IMG/VR virus record: IMGVR_UViG_3300037462_000235 | Coordinates: 1 to 24,347 of that record | Length of the DNA stretch: 24,347 nt | Source of the DNA: a virus | Taxonomy: Duplodnaviria; Caudoviricetes | Direction: 5' to 3' (one strand) | In this document: piece after piece, positions 6,519-14,313 of the stretch | How the letters are laid out: every line of letters starts with the position of its first letter | Numbering within the stretch: the stretch's first letter is position 1 | The notes under the pieces: generated by a model | The model's database searches: none | What the model was told of the DNA's origin: nothing | The model's input: the letters and a program-made list of their open reading frames with translations, nothing else | Program-made: the position numbers and the translations under genes

Positions 6519-7058
6519 ATGCCCGCGCCGAAGAAGCTGGACCTGATCCCCGATGCGCTGCGCGAACGGCTGAAGGCTGCGCTGATGGCGCGCGGGTTTG
6601 CCGACGTCATCAAGGTCACCGAAGAGCTGAACGTCTGGCTGGAGGCCGAAGGGCTGGAGCTGCGGATCGGCAAGACGGCCGTGGGCGAGTTCAGCCTGCT
6701 GTTGAAGCGCCAGCGCGATGCCTTTTCGGTGTCGAAGCAGGTCTTGTCCGAAATGGAGATCGGCGAAGAGAGCGCGATCTACCAAACCCTGTTCCAGCTG
6801 GTCGCGGCGCAGGCTGTGCACCTGGTGAAGGCGATGTCGGACGCCGATCAGGTGATCGAGGCGAAGGACCTGCACTTCCTGGGCAAGATGCTGAAGGACC
6901 TGATGTCGGCTGCCGGGATCAACGAGAAGCTGACGCAAGAGGTCGAGAAACGCCTGAAGGCCAAGCAGGCCGAGCAACTGACCGCCGCCGTCGCCAGCGG
7001 TGATATCGACGCCGAGGCCGCCGCGAAGGCGCGCCGCATCATGGGGTTTGCAGAATGA
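6519..7058 (+). CDS. DUF3486 / Mu gp27-like protein, putative terminase small subunit
   Basis: KLDLIP..LRE.L...L..RGF.......LN.WL...G..I.K.AV start and ...IMG end. Position between gp26 and terL. Confidence 0.8.
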   Translation: MPAPKKLDLIPDALRERLKAALMARGFADVIKVTEELNVWLEAEGLELRIGKTAVGEFSLLLKRQRDAFSVSKQVLSEMEIGEESAIYQTLFQLVAAQAVHLVKAMSDADQVIEAKDLHFLGKMLKDLMSAAGINEKLTQEVEKRLKAKQAEQLTAAVASGDIDAEAAAKARRIMGFAE

Positions 7059-7303
7059 ACGATCCTTATGCTGTGACCGCAGACGAGCTTCGCCAGTTCA
7101 TCGAGCGCTACGAAGATCTGGAGTCCGAGAAAGCCGACATCGCCGAAATGCAAAAAGAGCTGATGGCCGAGGCCAAGGGCCGGGGCTACGACACCGCCGT
7201 CATGCGCCAGGTGATTGCCCTGCGGAAAAGGAAACCCGACCAGATCGCCGAGCAGGAGGCCGTCCTGGAGCTGTATAAAGCCGCGCTGGGGATGAGCTGG
7301 TGA
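7055..7303 (+). CDS. gapR: GapR (DUF2312) nucleoid-associated protein homologue
   Basis: VTADELRQFIERYEDLESEKADIAEMQKELMAEAKGRGYDTAVMRQVIALRKRKPDQIAEQEAVLELYKAALGM is a near-canonical GapR/UPF0335 sequence. Confidence 0.92.
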   Translation: MNDPYAVTADELRQFIERYEDLESEKADIAEMQKELMAEAKGRGYDTAVMRQVIALRKRKPDQIAEQEAVLELYKAALGMSW

Positions 7304-7743
7304 CCCCGTCCCAGTTCATCGCCGAGGCGACCTACCGCAAGGGATCGGTCCTGGACGGGATCCGGAACGTGCCGGATGGCCGGAACGTCGACTGCGACGA
7401 CTTCGCCTGGTCGCTGCTGTGCCATATGGAAGGCGGCGAGCGAAGGGCCCTGGAGGCACTTCAGGATGGAAAGGCCACCCTTTGGCGCGTGCGGTCGCCG
7501 GTCAACAAGCTGCTGGCTCGGCATGTCGCGCTGGAATGGTCCGGGCGATGGATCGACAGCACCAACCGCAAGTGGCGCGATGAACCGGACCCGCATGTCC
7601 CTGTCCGCCGGATGCGGATGATTACCCTTGTGCCGCTGCTGATCTGGGGCAAGCCCCTGGGTAAGGTCGCCATCGGCGGGGCCCTGCTGGTCTGGGCGCA
7701 TCTGTCGGGGACCCTGGACTTGCTGCTTGCGCTGGTGGGATGA
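7300..7743 (+). CDS. Putative transglutaminase-like cysteine protease with C-terminal membrane anchor
   Basis: DCDDFA (C32), RHVAL (H75) and WIDS (D86) resemble the GDCEDYA/HAVL/LDN triad of BTLCP/LapG-type enzymes. Hydrophobic C-terminal ~40 aa. Confidence 0.6.
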   Translation: MTPSQFIAEATYRKGSVLDGIRNVPDGRNVDCDDFAWSLLCHMEGGERRALEALQDGKATLWRVRSPVNKLLARHVALEWSGRWIDSTNRKWRDEPDPHVPVRRMRMITLVPLLIWGKPLGKVAIGGALLVWAHLSGTLDLLLALVG

Positions 7744-8000
7744 TGCTGACAATCGAGGTCAAGCTGAACGGCAAGATGGTGGCCCACGCCGCGATCACAA
7801 ACCTATCGGACCTGGCCGAGGTCAGCGACTACCGGGTCGCCTGGTCGGAAATGGCGGAGACCGATCTCGACATCCGGGCGGACGGCGACGTCTTCCTGAT
7901 CCGAGGGCATCGCCGCCGCCAGACCGCCTGGGCGCTGGTCGCGAAGGTCGTTTGCGGCATCCTGGGCCAGATGACCGGCACGCCGGAGGTCAAGGGGTGA
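7740..8000 (+). CDS. Hypothetical phage protein
   Basis: Overlapping start/stop on both sides. Pattern A.I.N......DY.V.........I.GH.R....W.LV.K seen in small phage proteins. Confidence 0.75.
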   Translation: MMLTIEVKLNGKMVAHAAITNLSDLAEVSDYRVAWSEMAETDLDIRADGDVFLIRGHRRRQTAWALVAKVVCGILGQMTGTPEVKG

Positions 8001-8362
8001 GCGCCTTCGGCACCAAGCTGCGAAAGCTGGAAGGCGGCAAGGTCAGCTATTGGTGCCCGGGCTGCGACTTGGCGCATGTCTTGACAGTCGAACCGGGAGG
8101 GACCGGTCCCTGCTGGGATTTCAACGGCGATCCTGACGCCCCGAGTTTCAGCCCTTCGGTGATCTGCCGCTATGAACACTTTGTGCCGCCGGTGACCAGC
8201 GAAAACCTGAAGGACTGGAAGCGCAAGCCCTGGGTGCAGACGAAGAGGGTCGATATCTGCCACGCCTTCGTGACCGAAGGGCACGTCCAGTTCCTGGACG
8301 ACAGCACCCACAAGCTGGCCGGAAAAACCGTGCCGCTGCCGGACTTCGGGGTGACGCAATGA
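7997..8362 (+). CDS. DUF6527-like protein (CxxC...H, PSFSPSV, CH motifs)
   Basis: GTGA overlap start with GGAGG upstream. WCPGC...H.........W.FNGD...PSFSPSV......CH.FV..G..QFL.DSTH.LAG.TV.LP. Confidence 0.75.
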   Translation: MSAFGTKLRKLEGGKVSYWCPGCDLAHVLTVEPGGTGPCWDFNGDPDAPSFSPSVICRYEHFVPPVTSENLKDWKRKPWVQTKRVDICHAFVTEGHVQFLDDSTHKLAGKTVPLPDFGVTQ

Positions 8363-9789
8363 GCGCCCTTGTCCGCCCGGTCATCAACTTCCTGCCCTAC
8401 CAGCGCGCCTGGATCGCCGACGACAGCCGGTTTAAGATCGGCATGTTCGCCCGCCAAACGGGCAAGACATTCTCGACCGGGGGCGAGTGTTCCGACGATT
8501 GCTTTCGCGGCTGGGCCGAGGATCGGCGCGCGCGCTGGGTCATCCTGAGCCGGGGCGAGCGCCAGGCGGCCGAGATGATGACCGAGGTCATCAAGCCCTT
8601 CACCAAGGCCCTCTACGAGGTCTACAACACCATCGTCAAAGGCGGCGAGCCGGTCTTTGAGGAGACCGAGTTCCGCGCCCCGCAGGAGAAAGGCCCGGAC
8701 GCCGTCTACAAGGCGATGGAGGTCGCCTTTCCGAACGGCAGCCGGATCACCGCCCTGCCCGCGAACCCCGACACGGCGCGGGGCTTTTCGGCCAACGTGA
8801 TCCTGGACGAGTTTGCCTTCCATGCCAAATCCCGCGAGATCTGGGCGGCGCTGTTCCCCGTGATTTCGAAAGGCCAGCAGAAGCTGCGGGTCATCAGTAC
8901 CCCGAATGGCAAGGGCAACAAGTTCTACGAACTGATGACGGCCGAGGATTCGGTCTGGTCGCGGCACGTCGTCGACATTTACGAGGCCGTTAAACAGGGC
9001 CTTGAACGCGACGTCGAGATGCTGCGAAAGGGCATGGCCGACGAAGATGCGTGGGCGCAGGAATACGAGCTGAAGTGGCTGGACGAGGCCAGCGCCTGGC
9101 TGGACTACGACTTGATCAGCAGCTGCGAGGCCGAGGGCGCGGGCAGGCCCGACGGCTATCAGGGCGGACCCTGCTTCATCGGCGTCGACATCGCGGCGCG
9201 GAACGACCTGTTCGTGATCTGGGTGGCCGAGCTGGTGGGCGATGTCCTTTGGACCCGTGAAGTGATCGCCCGCCGCAGGATTAGCTTTGCCGAGCAGGAT
9301 GCGCTTCTGGCCGAGGTCTTCCGCCGCTACCGCGTGATCCGCGCCAAGATCGACCAGACCGGCATGGGCGAAAAGCCCGTGGAAGACGCGCAGCGCCGGT
9401 ATGGTACGAGCCGGGTGGAAGGGGTCCTCTTCACCGGCGCCAACAAGCTTGGCATGGCCACGGTCCTGAAGGAACGCTTCCAGGACCGCAAGCTGCGCAT
9501 TCCCGCCGGGGACGTGGTGCTGCGGTCCGACCTGCACGCGATCAAGAGCCAGGTGGGCGTCACCGGCCAGCGCCGCCTGATTGCCGATGGCGAGACCGAC
9601 GGCCACGCCGACCGGTTCTGGGCCGCCGCCCTGTGCTGCACGGCGGCCGAGCTGGGCGAGGCGACCTATGAGTATCGCGGGGCCGGGTCGGGCCGATCGG
9701 GAGGGGTGGGCGGTCCTGACGACGACGTGGAAGACCGCGACCGGTTTCGTGCGCCCCTCGGGGCAAGATTGAGGGGATCTATCCGATGA
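8359..9789 (+). CDS. terL: Terminase large subunit (Mu gp28-like)
   Basis: LPYQ adenine-binding motif, Walker A ARQTGKT, Walker B VILDEFAF, ISTPNG coupling motif, nuclease GVDIA...D, DQTGMG and HADRFWA. Confidence 0.95.
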   Translation: MSALVRPVINFLPYQRAWIADDSRFKIGMFARQTGKTFSTGGECSDDCFRGWAEDRRARWVILSRGERQAAEMMTEVIKPFTKALYEVYNTIVKGGEPVFEETEFRAPQEKGPDAVYKAMEVAFPNGSRITALPANPDTARGFSANVILDEFAFHAKSREIWAALFPVISKGQQKLRVISTPNGKGNKFYELMTAEDSVWSRHVVDIYEAVKQGLERDVEMLRKGMADEDAWAQEYELKWLDEASAWLDYDLISSCEAEGAGRPDGYQGGPCFIGVDIAARNDLFVIWVAELVGDVLWTREVIARRRISFAEQDALLAEVFRRYRVIRAKIDQTGMGEKPVEDAQRRYGTSRVEGVLFTGANKLGMATVLKERFQDRKLRIPAGDVVLRSDLHAIKSQVGVTGQRRLIADGETDGHADRFWAAALCCTAAELGEATYEYRGAGSGRSGGVGGPDDDVEDRDRFRAPLGARLRGSIR

Positions 9790-11426
9790 AGACCGCCCAG
9801 CTGATGGACGCCTATGGCAGGCCGGTGCGCAAGGCCGAGCTGAAGACAGAGGTGGCGCGCGCCACGCTGGGCGGAGTGCGGTCGCCGATCGCGGGCTATC
9901 CGGCGGATGGTCTGAACCCGAACCGGCTGGCCAACATCCTGCGCGAGGCGGATGCGGGGGACGCGATCCGCTATCTGGAGCTGGCCGAGACGATCGAGGA
10001 GCGCGATGCGCATTACCTGGGCGTCCTTGGCACCCGCCGCCGGGCCGTGAGCCAGATGCCCTTCACGGTCGAGGCCGGGGACGACACGCCCGAGGCGGAG
10101 GCCCAGGCGCAGATGGTCAGGGACTGGCTGAACCGCGACGAGCTGACCGAAGAGGTCTTCGATATTCTCGACACGCTGGGCAAGGGCTACAGCATGTCCG
10201 AGATCCTGTGGGACACCTCGGAAGGGCAGTGGATGCCCCTGCGCCTGGAATACCGCGACCCGCGCTGGTTCCGGTTCGACCGGTCCGACCTGAAGACGCC
10301 GATGATGCTGTCGGACACCGGGCAGGAGGTGGCGCTGCCCGCCTTTAAGTTCATCTTCGCCCAGATCCGCGCGAAGTCCGGGATCACGCTGCGATCCGGC
10401 CTTGCCCGGGTTGCTGCCTGGGGCTGGATGTTCAAGGCCTATACCCAGCGCGACTGGGCGATCTTCACCCAGACCTATGGCCAGCCTTTGCGCGTCGGCA
10501 AGTACGAATCGACTGCAACCGAGAAAGACAAGGATACGCTGTTCTCTGCAGTGTCGAACATCGCCGGGGACTGCGCCGCGATCATCCCGACTTCGATGCA
10601 GATCGAATTCATCGAGACCTCGAATGTCGGCGCGTCGTCGGACCTGTACGAGAAGCGGGCCAACTGGCTGGACATGCAGATCTCGAAGGCCGTCCTTGGC
10701 CAGACCGCGACCACTGACGCGGTGACCGGGGGACTTGGGTCGGGCAAGGAACACCGCGAGGTCCAGAAGTCGATCCAGACCGCCGATGCCCGCGCCCTGG
10801 CAGGGATCATCAACCGGGATCTGATCCGGCCCTGGATGCAGTTGAACTTCGGGCCCTTGAAGGTCTACCCGCGCCTCAAGATCGAAGAGCCCGAGAAGGA
10901 AGACCTGGTCGCGCTGTCGACGGCCATCGGCGGAATGGTCGATCGGGGCCTGGAGGTGGACCAGGGCGAAATGCGCGACAAGTTCGGTCTGTCGGACCCC
11001 AAGGCGGGGGCCAAATTGCTGCGTCCGTCGGGTGGAGGTGCGCCCGGCACCGTCCCTGTGCCCCCAGTTTCCGAAATTAAAAGCCAAAGAGACGAAATTA
11101 AACGGGTCGAGGCCTCGCCGGGTATCGAGACCGCCCTCAACGCAGAAAGCCCGTCTACGGGCAAAAAAACGGGGGGTTCTGAAATCGACCCCCTTGTCGA
11201 CCAGCTGGCCCGGAAAGCCGGTCCTGCCATCGAGGCGATGCTGGTGAAGATCGAGGCGATGATGGAGGCGGCAAGTTCGCTGCCCGAGCTGCGCGAGATG
11301 ATCTTTGCGGCCTACCCGGACCATGACACCAAGGATCTGGCCGAAGTGATCGCCGACGCGATGATGGCGGGCCATGCCGGTGGTCGCGCCGCCCTGGTCG
11401 CCGAGAGCGAGGGCGACGGTGAGTGA
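9786..11426 (+). CDS. Portal protein (DUF935, Mu gp29-like)
   Basis: EERDAHYLGVLGTRRRAV, GKGYS.SEI.W, W..F...YG.P.RVGKY and ISKAVLGQT.TT motifs. Follows terL. Confidence 0.93.
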   Translation: MKTAQLMDAYGRPVRKAELKTEVARATLGGVRSPIAGYPADGLNPNRLANILREADAGDAIRYLELAETIEERDAHYLGVLGTRRRAVSQMPFTVEAGDDTPEAEAQAQMVRDWLNRDELTEEVFDILDTLGKGYSMSEILWDTSEGQWMPLRLEYRDPRWFRFDRSDLKTPMMLSDTGQEVALPAFKFIFAQIRAKSGITLRSGLARVAAWGWMFKAYTQRDWAIFTQTYGQPLRVGKYESTATEKDKDTLFSAVSNIAGDCAAIIPTSMQIEFIETSNVGASSDLYEKRANWLDMQISKAVLGQTATTDAVTGGLGSGKEHREVQKSIQTADARALAGIINRDLIRPWMQLNFGPLKVYPRLKIEEPEKEDLVALSTAIGGMVDRGLEVDQGEMRDKFGLSDPKAGAKLLRPSGGGAPGTVPVPPVSEIKSQRDEIKRVEASPGIETALNAESPSTGKKTGGSEIDPLVDQLARKAGPAIEAMLVKIEAMMEAASSLPELREMIFAAYPDHDTKDLAEVIADAMMAGHAGGRAALVAESEGDGE

Positions 11427-12222
11427 CTGGCTGACGGCCACCTTCGCAAAGCCGTTCAAGGAGGCCGTCGCTGCCTTCCGGCTGCGCATGGGCACCCTGG
11501 TCGCCACCTCGACCTGGGAGGACGTCTGGCAGGCGCAGCACAACCGGGCCTTCATGGTCGCGGGGGCGACGAAGGCCGATCTTCTGTCCGATCTGGCCAA
11601 GGCGATCGAGAAGGCCATCGCCGAGGGCACGAGCCTGCAAGAGTTCCGCCGCGACTTTCGTCAGATCGTCGAGGATCGGGGCTGGCACGGCTGGACCGGC
11701 GAAGGAACCAAGGGCGGCGAGGCCTGGCGGACCCGGGTGATCTACCGCACGAACATCCGCGCGTCCTATGCGGCAGGGCGGATGGCCCAGCTGGTCGAGG
11801 GTGGGTTCACCCTTTGGATCTACCGCCACGGCGGCTCGGTGGAGCCGCGCATCATCCATCTTGGCTGGGACGGCCTGGTCTTGCCGCCGGACCATCCGTT
11901 CTGGGCCACCCACGCGCCGCCGAACGGCTGGGGCTGCAGCTGCTATGTCGTGGGCGCACGGTCCTTCCGGGGGGCGCAGCGCCTGGGCGGACAGCTCGGC
12001 AAGCCCCTGCCGGACGGCTGGCAGAAGCTTGACCCCAAGACCGGCGCGCCAGTCGGGATCGATCGGGGCTGGGCCTATGCCCCGGGTAGAAGTGCCGTCG
12101 AGGACATCCTGGCCATCGTTCGGGCCAAGTCCGGGGACCTGCCGCACCCGGTCTTCAAGGCCTTGCTTCAGGACGTCGAGGAGGCGCTGCAGGATGCCCG
12201 TCAGAACGATAATCGAGATTGA
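11419..12222 (+). CDS. Head morphogenesis protein, Mu gpF (gp30) family
   Basis: AF.VAGA...DLL, R.RVIYRTN....YAAGR, H..WDGLVLP.D.PFW..H.PPNGWGC.C and GID.GW.YAPG. GTG start overlapping the portal end. Confidence 0.9.
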   Translation: MSDWLTATFAKPFKEAVAAFRLRMGTLVATSTWEDVWQAQHNRAFMVAGATKADLLSDLAKAIEKAIAEGTSLQEFRRDFRQIVEDRGWHGWTGEGTKGGEAWRTRVIYRTNIRASYAAGRMAQLVEGGFTLWIYRHGGSVEPRIIHLGWDGLVLPPDHPFWATHAPPNGWGCSCYVVGARSFRGAQRLGGQLGKPLPDGWQKLDPKTGAPVGIDRGWAYAPGRSAVEDILAIVRAKSGDLPHPVFKALLQDVEEALQDARQNDNRD

Positions 12223-12676
12223 CGAGATCACCCCGGCGCTGCAGCGGCTGTCGGGTGCGATGGACAACATGCTGCCGGTCATGCAGGACCTGGGCGAGTA
12301 TTTCGTCGATTCCACCACCAGGCGCTTTGCATCGGGTCGCGCCCCGGACGGGTCGATCTGGGCCGCGAAGTCGCCCGTGACGATTGCAGCCTACGGCGGG
12401 CGGCGCACCAACCGGCTGGACACCAGGCCCTTGTTCGGTCCGTCGGGTGCCCTGTCGTCGACCATCAGCTACGAGGCGTTCAACGACCGCGTCGAGTGGG
12501 GATCGCCCATGGTCTATGCGGCAATGCAGCAGTTCGGCGGATCGAAGTCCGCGTTCCCGCACCTGTGGGGCGACATACCGGCCCGACCCTATCTTGGGCT
12601 GTCGGCCGAGGACGAAAGTCAGGTCCTGGACATCCTCGACGAGTGGCTGTCCCTGGTCGCAGGCACGGCTCTCTGA
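12194..12676 (+). CDS. Virion morphogenesis protein, Mu gpG (gp31) family
   Basis: RF..G.APDG..W, L..SG.L..TI, GS...YAA.QQFGG and IPARPYLGLS motifs. ATG at 12194 after GGAGG. Confidence 0.9.
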   Translation: MPVRTIIEIDEITPALQRLSGAMDNMLPVMQDLGEYFVDSTTRRFASGRAPDGSIWAAKSPVTIAAYGGRRTNRLDTRPLFGPSGALSSTISYEAFNDRVEWGSPMVYAAMQQFGGSKSAFPHLWGDIPARPYLGLSAEDESQVLDILDEWLSLVAGTAL

Positions 12677-12747
12677 GACCGCGCTTGACCGGTCAAGGGC
12701 CGCAGTCCAAGCTGCGAGCATCCCCCAACGCGCGACCCGACGCCCCC

Positions 12748-12795
12748 ATCCGCAAGGGTTTGCGTATGGCTTGCCCCCCGTTGCGCCGCGAATAT
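12748..12795 (+). promoter_or_regulatory. Late promoter PI-like: activator palindrome plus -10
   Basis: ATCCGCA-N6-TGCGTAT (12748-12767), 22 nt, then GAATAT (12790-12795). Matches the 3975-4022 element. Confidence 0.72.
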
Positions 12796-12802
12796 CTGGG
12801 AC

Positions 12803-13870
12803 ATGACGCAAGCTGCCCCGCCCCTTTACAAGGCCACCATGGCCGCGCTCGACCTCACCCAGGATGGTGAGGTTCCTGAGTGGGTGCATCTGTTGCCGGC
12901 ATTGTCCGGCGGCACGGTGCAGACCAACGATGATCGCGGTCCCTACCTGGTCGAAAACGCCGAAGCGATCATCGCCGCAAGCTTCGCGGGCCAGCCCAAG
13001 CTGCAGATCGACGAAAACCATGCCGAGGACCTGAAGTCCGGCCAGGGCGAGCCGTCCCCGGCGCGCGGCTGGATCACCGAGCTGCAGGCCCGCGCTGACG
13101 GGATCTGGGGCAAGGTGGAATGGACCGGAGCCGGGCGCGCCCTGGTGGCCGACAAGGCCTACCGGGCGATGTCTCCTGTCATCCTGCACGACAAGGCCAA
13201 GAAGGTCGTCGCGATCCTGCGGGCCAGCCTTGTGAACCGCCCGAACCTGAAGGGCCTCGTTTCACTCAACGGAGAGCAATCCATGGATGTCATGGCGAAG
13301 ATGGCCGCCGCGCTCGGCCTGGCGGAGGGCGCGTCGGAAGACGATGTCATGGCCGCCATCAAGGCGCTGAAGGACAAGAAGCCGGACGGCGACACGGCCA
13401 TGCAGTCGGCCCTGTCCGAGATCGGCGTGGCGCTGGGTGTCGAGGCGACCGCAAAGCCCGACGCCATCGTCACGGCCGCAAAGCTTGCTGCAGGCGGCAA
13501 GACCGACCTCGTCGCACTGCAGGCCCAGGTCGCCAGTCTGAACACGCAGCTGACCGCGCTGCAGGGGGCAGGCAAGCGCAACGCGGCCGAGGCCTTCATC
13601 GACAAGTCCATCGCCGACCGCCGCGCCGGAGTGAACGCGACCAACCGCGAAGATCTGATCGCGCTTCACATGGAAGACGCGACCAAGGCCGAGAAGCTGG
13701 TCAACACCATGCCGATGCTGACCATGACCGGCACCGTCCAGGTCCCGCCTGCGGCCAAGGACGGCACCATCAGCCTGAACGCCGCCCAGCTGGACGCGGC
13801 GAAGAAGCTGGGCGTGTCCGAAGAGGCCTACGCCAAGACCCTTGCCGCTGAACAGAAGGAGCGTGCCTGA
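12803..13870 (+). CDS. Mu gpI-like prohead protease/scaffold
   Basis: PEWVHLLP, D.RGPY, IDENH, PA.GWI, G.WG.VEWT, YR.MSPV and SLVNRPNL motifs, followed by an Ala/Lys-rich helical scaffold region. Confidence 0.92.
   Translation: MTQAAPPLYKATMAALDLTQDGEVPEWVHLLPALSGGTVQTNDDRGPYLVENAEAIIAASFAGQPKLQIDENHAEDLKSGQGEPSPARGWITELQARADGIWGKVEWTGAGRALVADKAYRAMSPVILHDKAKKVVAILRASLVNRPNLKGLVSLNGEQSMDVMAKMAAALGLAEGASEDDVMAAIKALKDKKPDGDTAMQSALSEIGVALGVEATAKPDAIVTAAKLAAGGKTDLVALQAQVASLNTQLTALQGAGKRNAAEAFIDKSIADRRAGVNATNREDLIALHMEDATKAEKLVNTMPMLTMTGTVQVPPAAKDGTISLNAAQLDAAKKLGVSEEAYAKTLAAEQKERA
13283..13870 (+). CDS. Nested in-frame scaffold protein (Mu gpZ-like), internal start
   Basis: GGAG at 13271-13274 then an in-frame ATG at 13283, immediately after the protease domain. 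Mu I/Z arrangement. Confidence 0.65.
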   Translation: MDVMAKMAAALGLAEGASEDDVMAAIKALKDKKPDGDTAMQSALSEIGVALGVEATAKPDAIVTAAKLAAGGKTDLVALQAQVASLNTQLTALQGAGKRNAAEAFIDKSIADRRAGVNATNREDLIALHMEDATKAEKLVNTMPMLTMTGTVQVPPAAKDGTISLNAAQLDAAKKLGVSEEAYAKTLAAEQKERA

Positions 13871-14301
13871 TGCCGCCGCTGACCCAAGACCGCAACACCC
13901 CCCGCGCCGAGGGTGACGAGCGCCAGGGCACCCTGGGTGCTAACCAGGCGATCTTTGCCGGTGCGATCCTCATGCGCAACGCCGCTGGTGACCTGATCGA
14001 GGGTGCCACGGCCGTCGGCAGCTTTGGTGTCGGTGTGGCCCAGGAACGCAAAATCTCGGTCGCCGCCGGGGTCGATGTGATCCGGTATCGCCCGGGCGTC
14101 CACCGCTTTGCCAATTCGACCGCCGGTGACCTGATCACCAAGGCCGACATCGGCACCGTCTGCTTCATCGTCGACGACAACCAGGTCGCGCGGACGAATG
14201 GCACCAACACCCGGTCGCCCGCGGGCACCGTCGACGGCGTGGACGCGAATGGCGTCTGGGTCCGCTTCGACGAGTCGCTCACCCGCGCCGTGCTTTCGTA
14301 A
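13870..14301 (+). CDS. Putative capsid decoration/cement protein
   Basis: Small Gly/Ala/Val-rich beta protein between scaffold and major capsid (I..ADIG..C.IVDD..V...G....AG......GVWV). Confidence 0.7.
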   Translation: MPPLTQDRNTPRAEGDERQGTLGANQAIFAGAILMRNAAGDLIEGATAVGSFGVGVAQERKISVAAGVDVIRYRPGVHRFANSTAGDLITKADIGTVCFIVDDNQVARTNGTNTRSPAGTVDGVDANGVWVRFDESLTRAVLS

Positions 14302-14313
14302 GGGAACCCCGAC

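Noticed and set aside
8170-11630. Long minus-strand ORFs (478 aa, 654 aa) opposite terL and portal
   Set aside because: Antisense shadows of GC3-rich genes, with no recognisable motifs.
12684-12697. FNR/FnrL box
   Set aside because: Half-sites are TTGAC/GTCAA with a 2-nt spacer, not TTGAT-N4-ATCAA.
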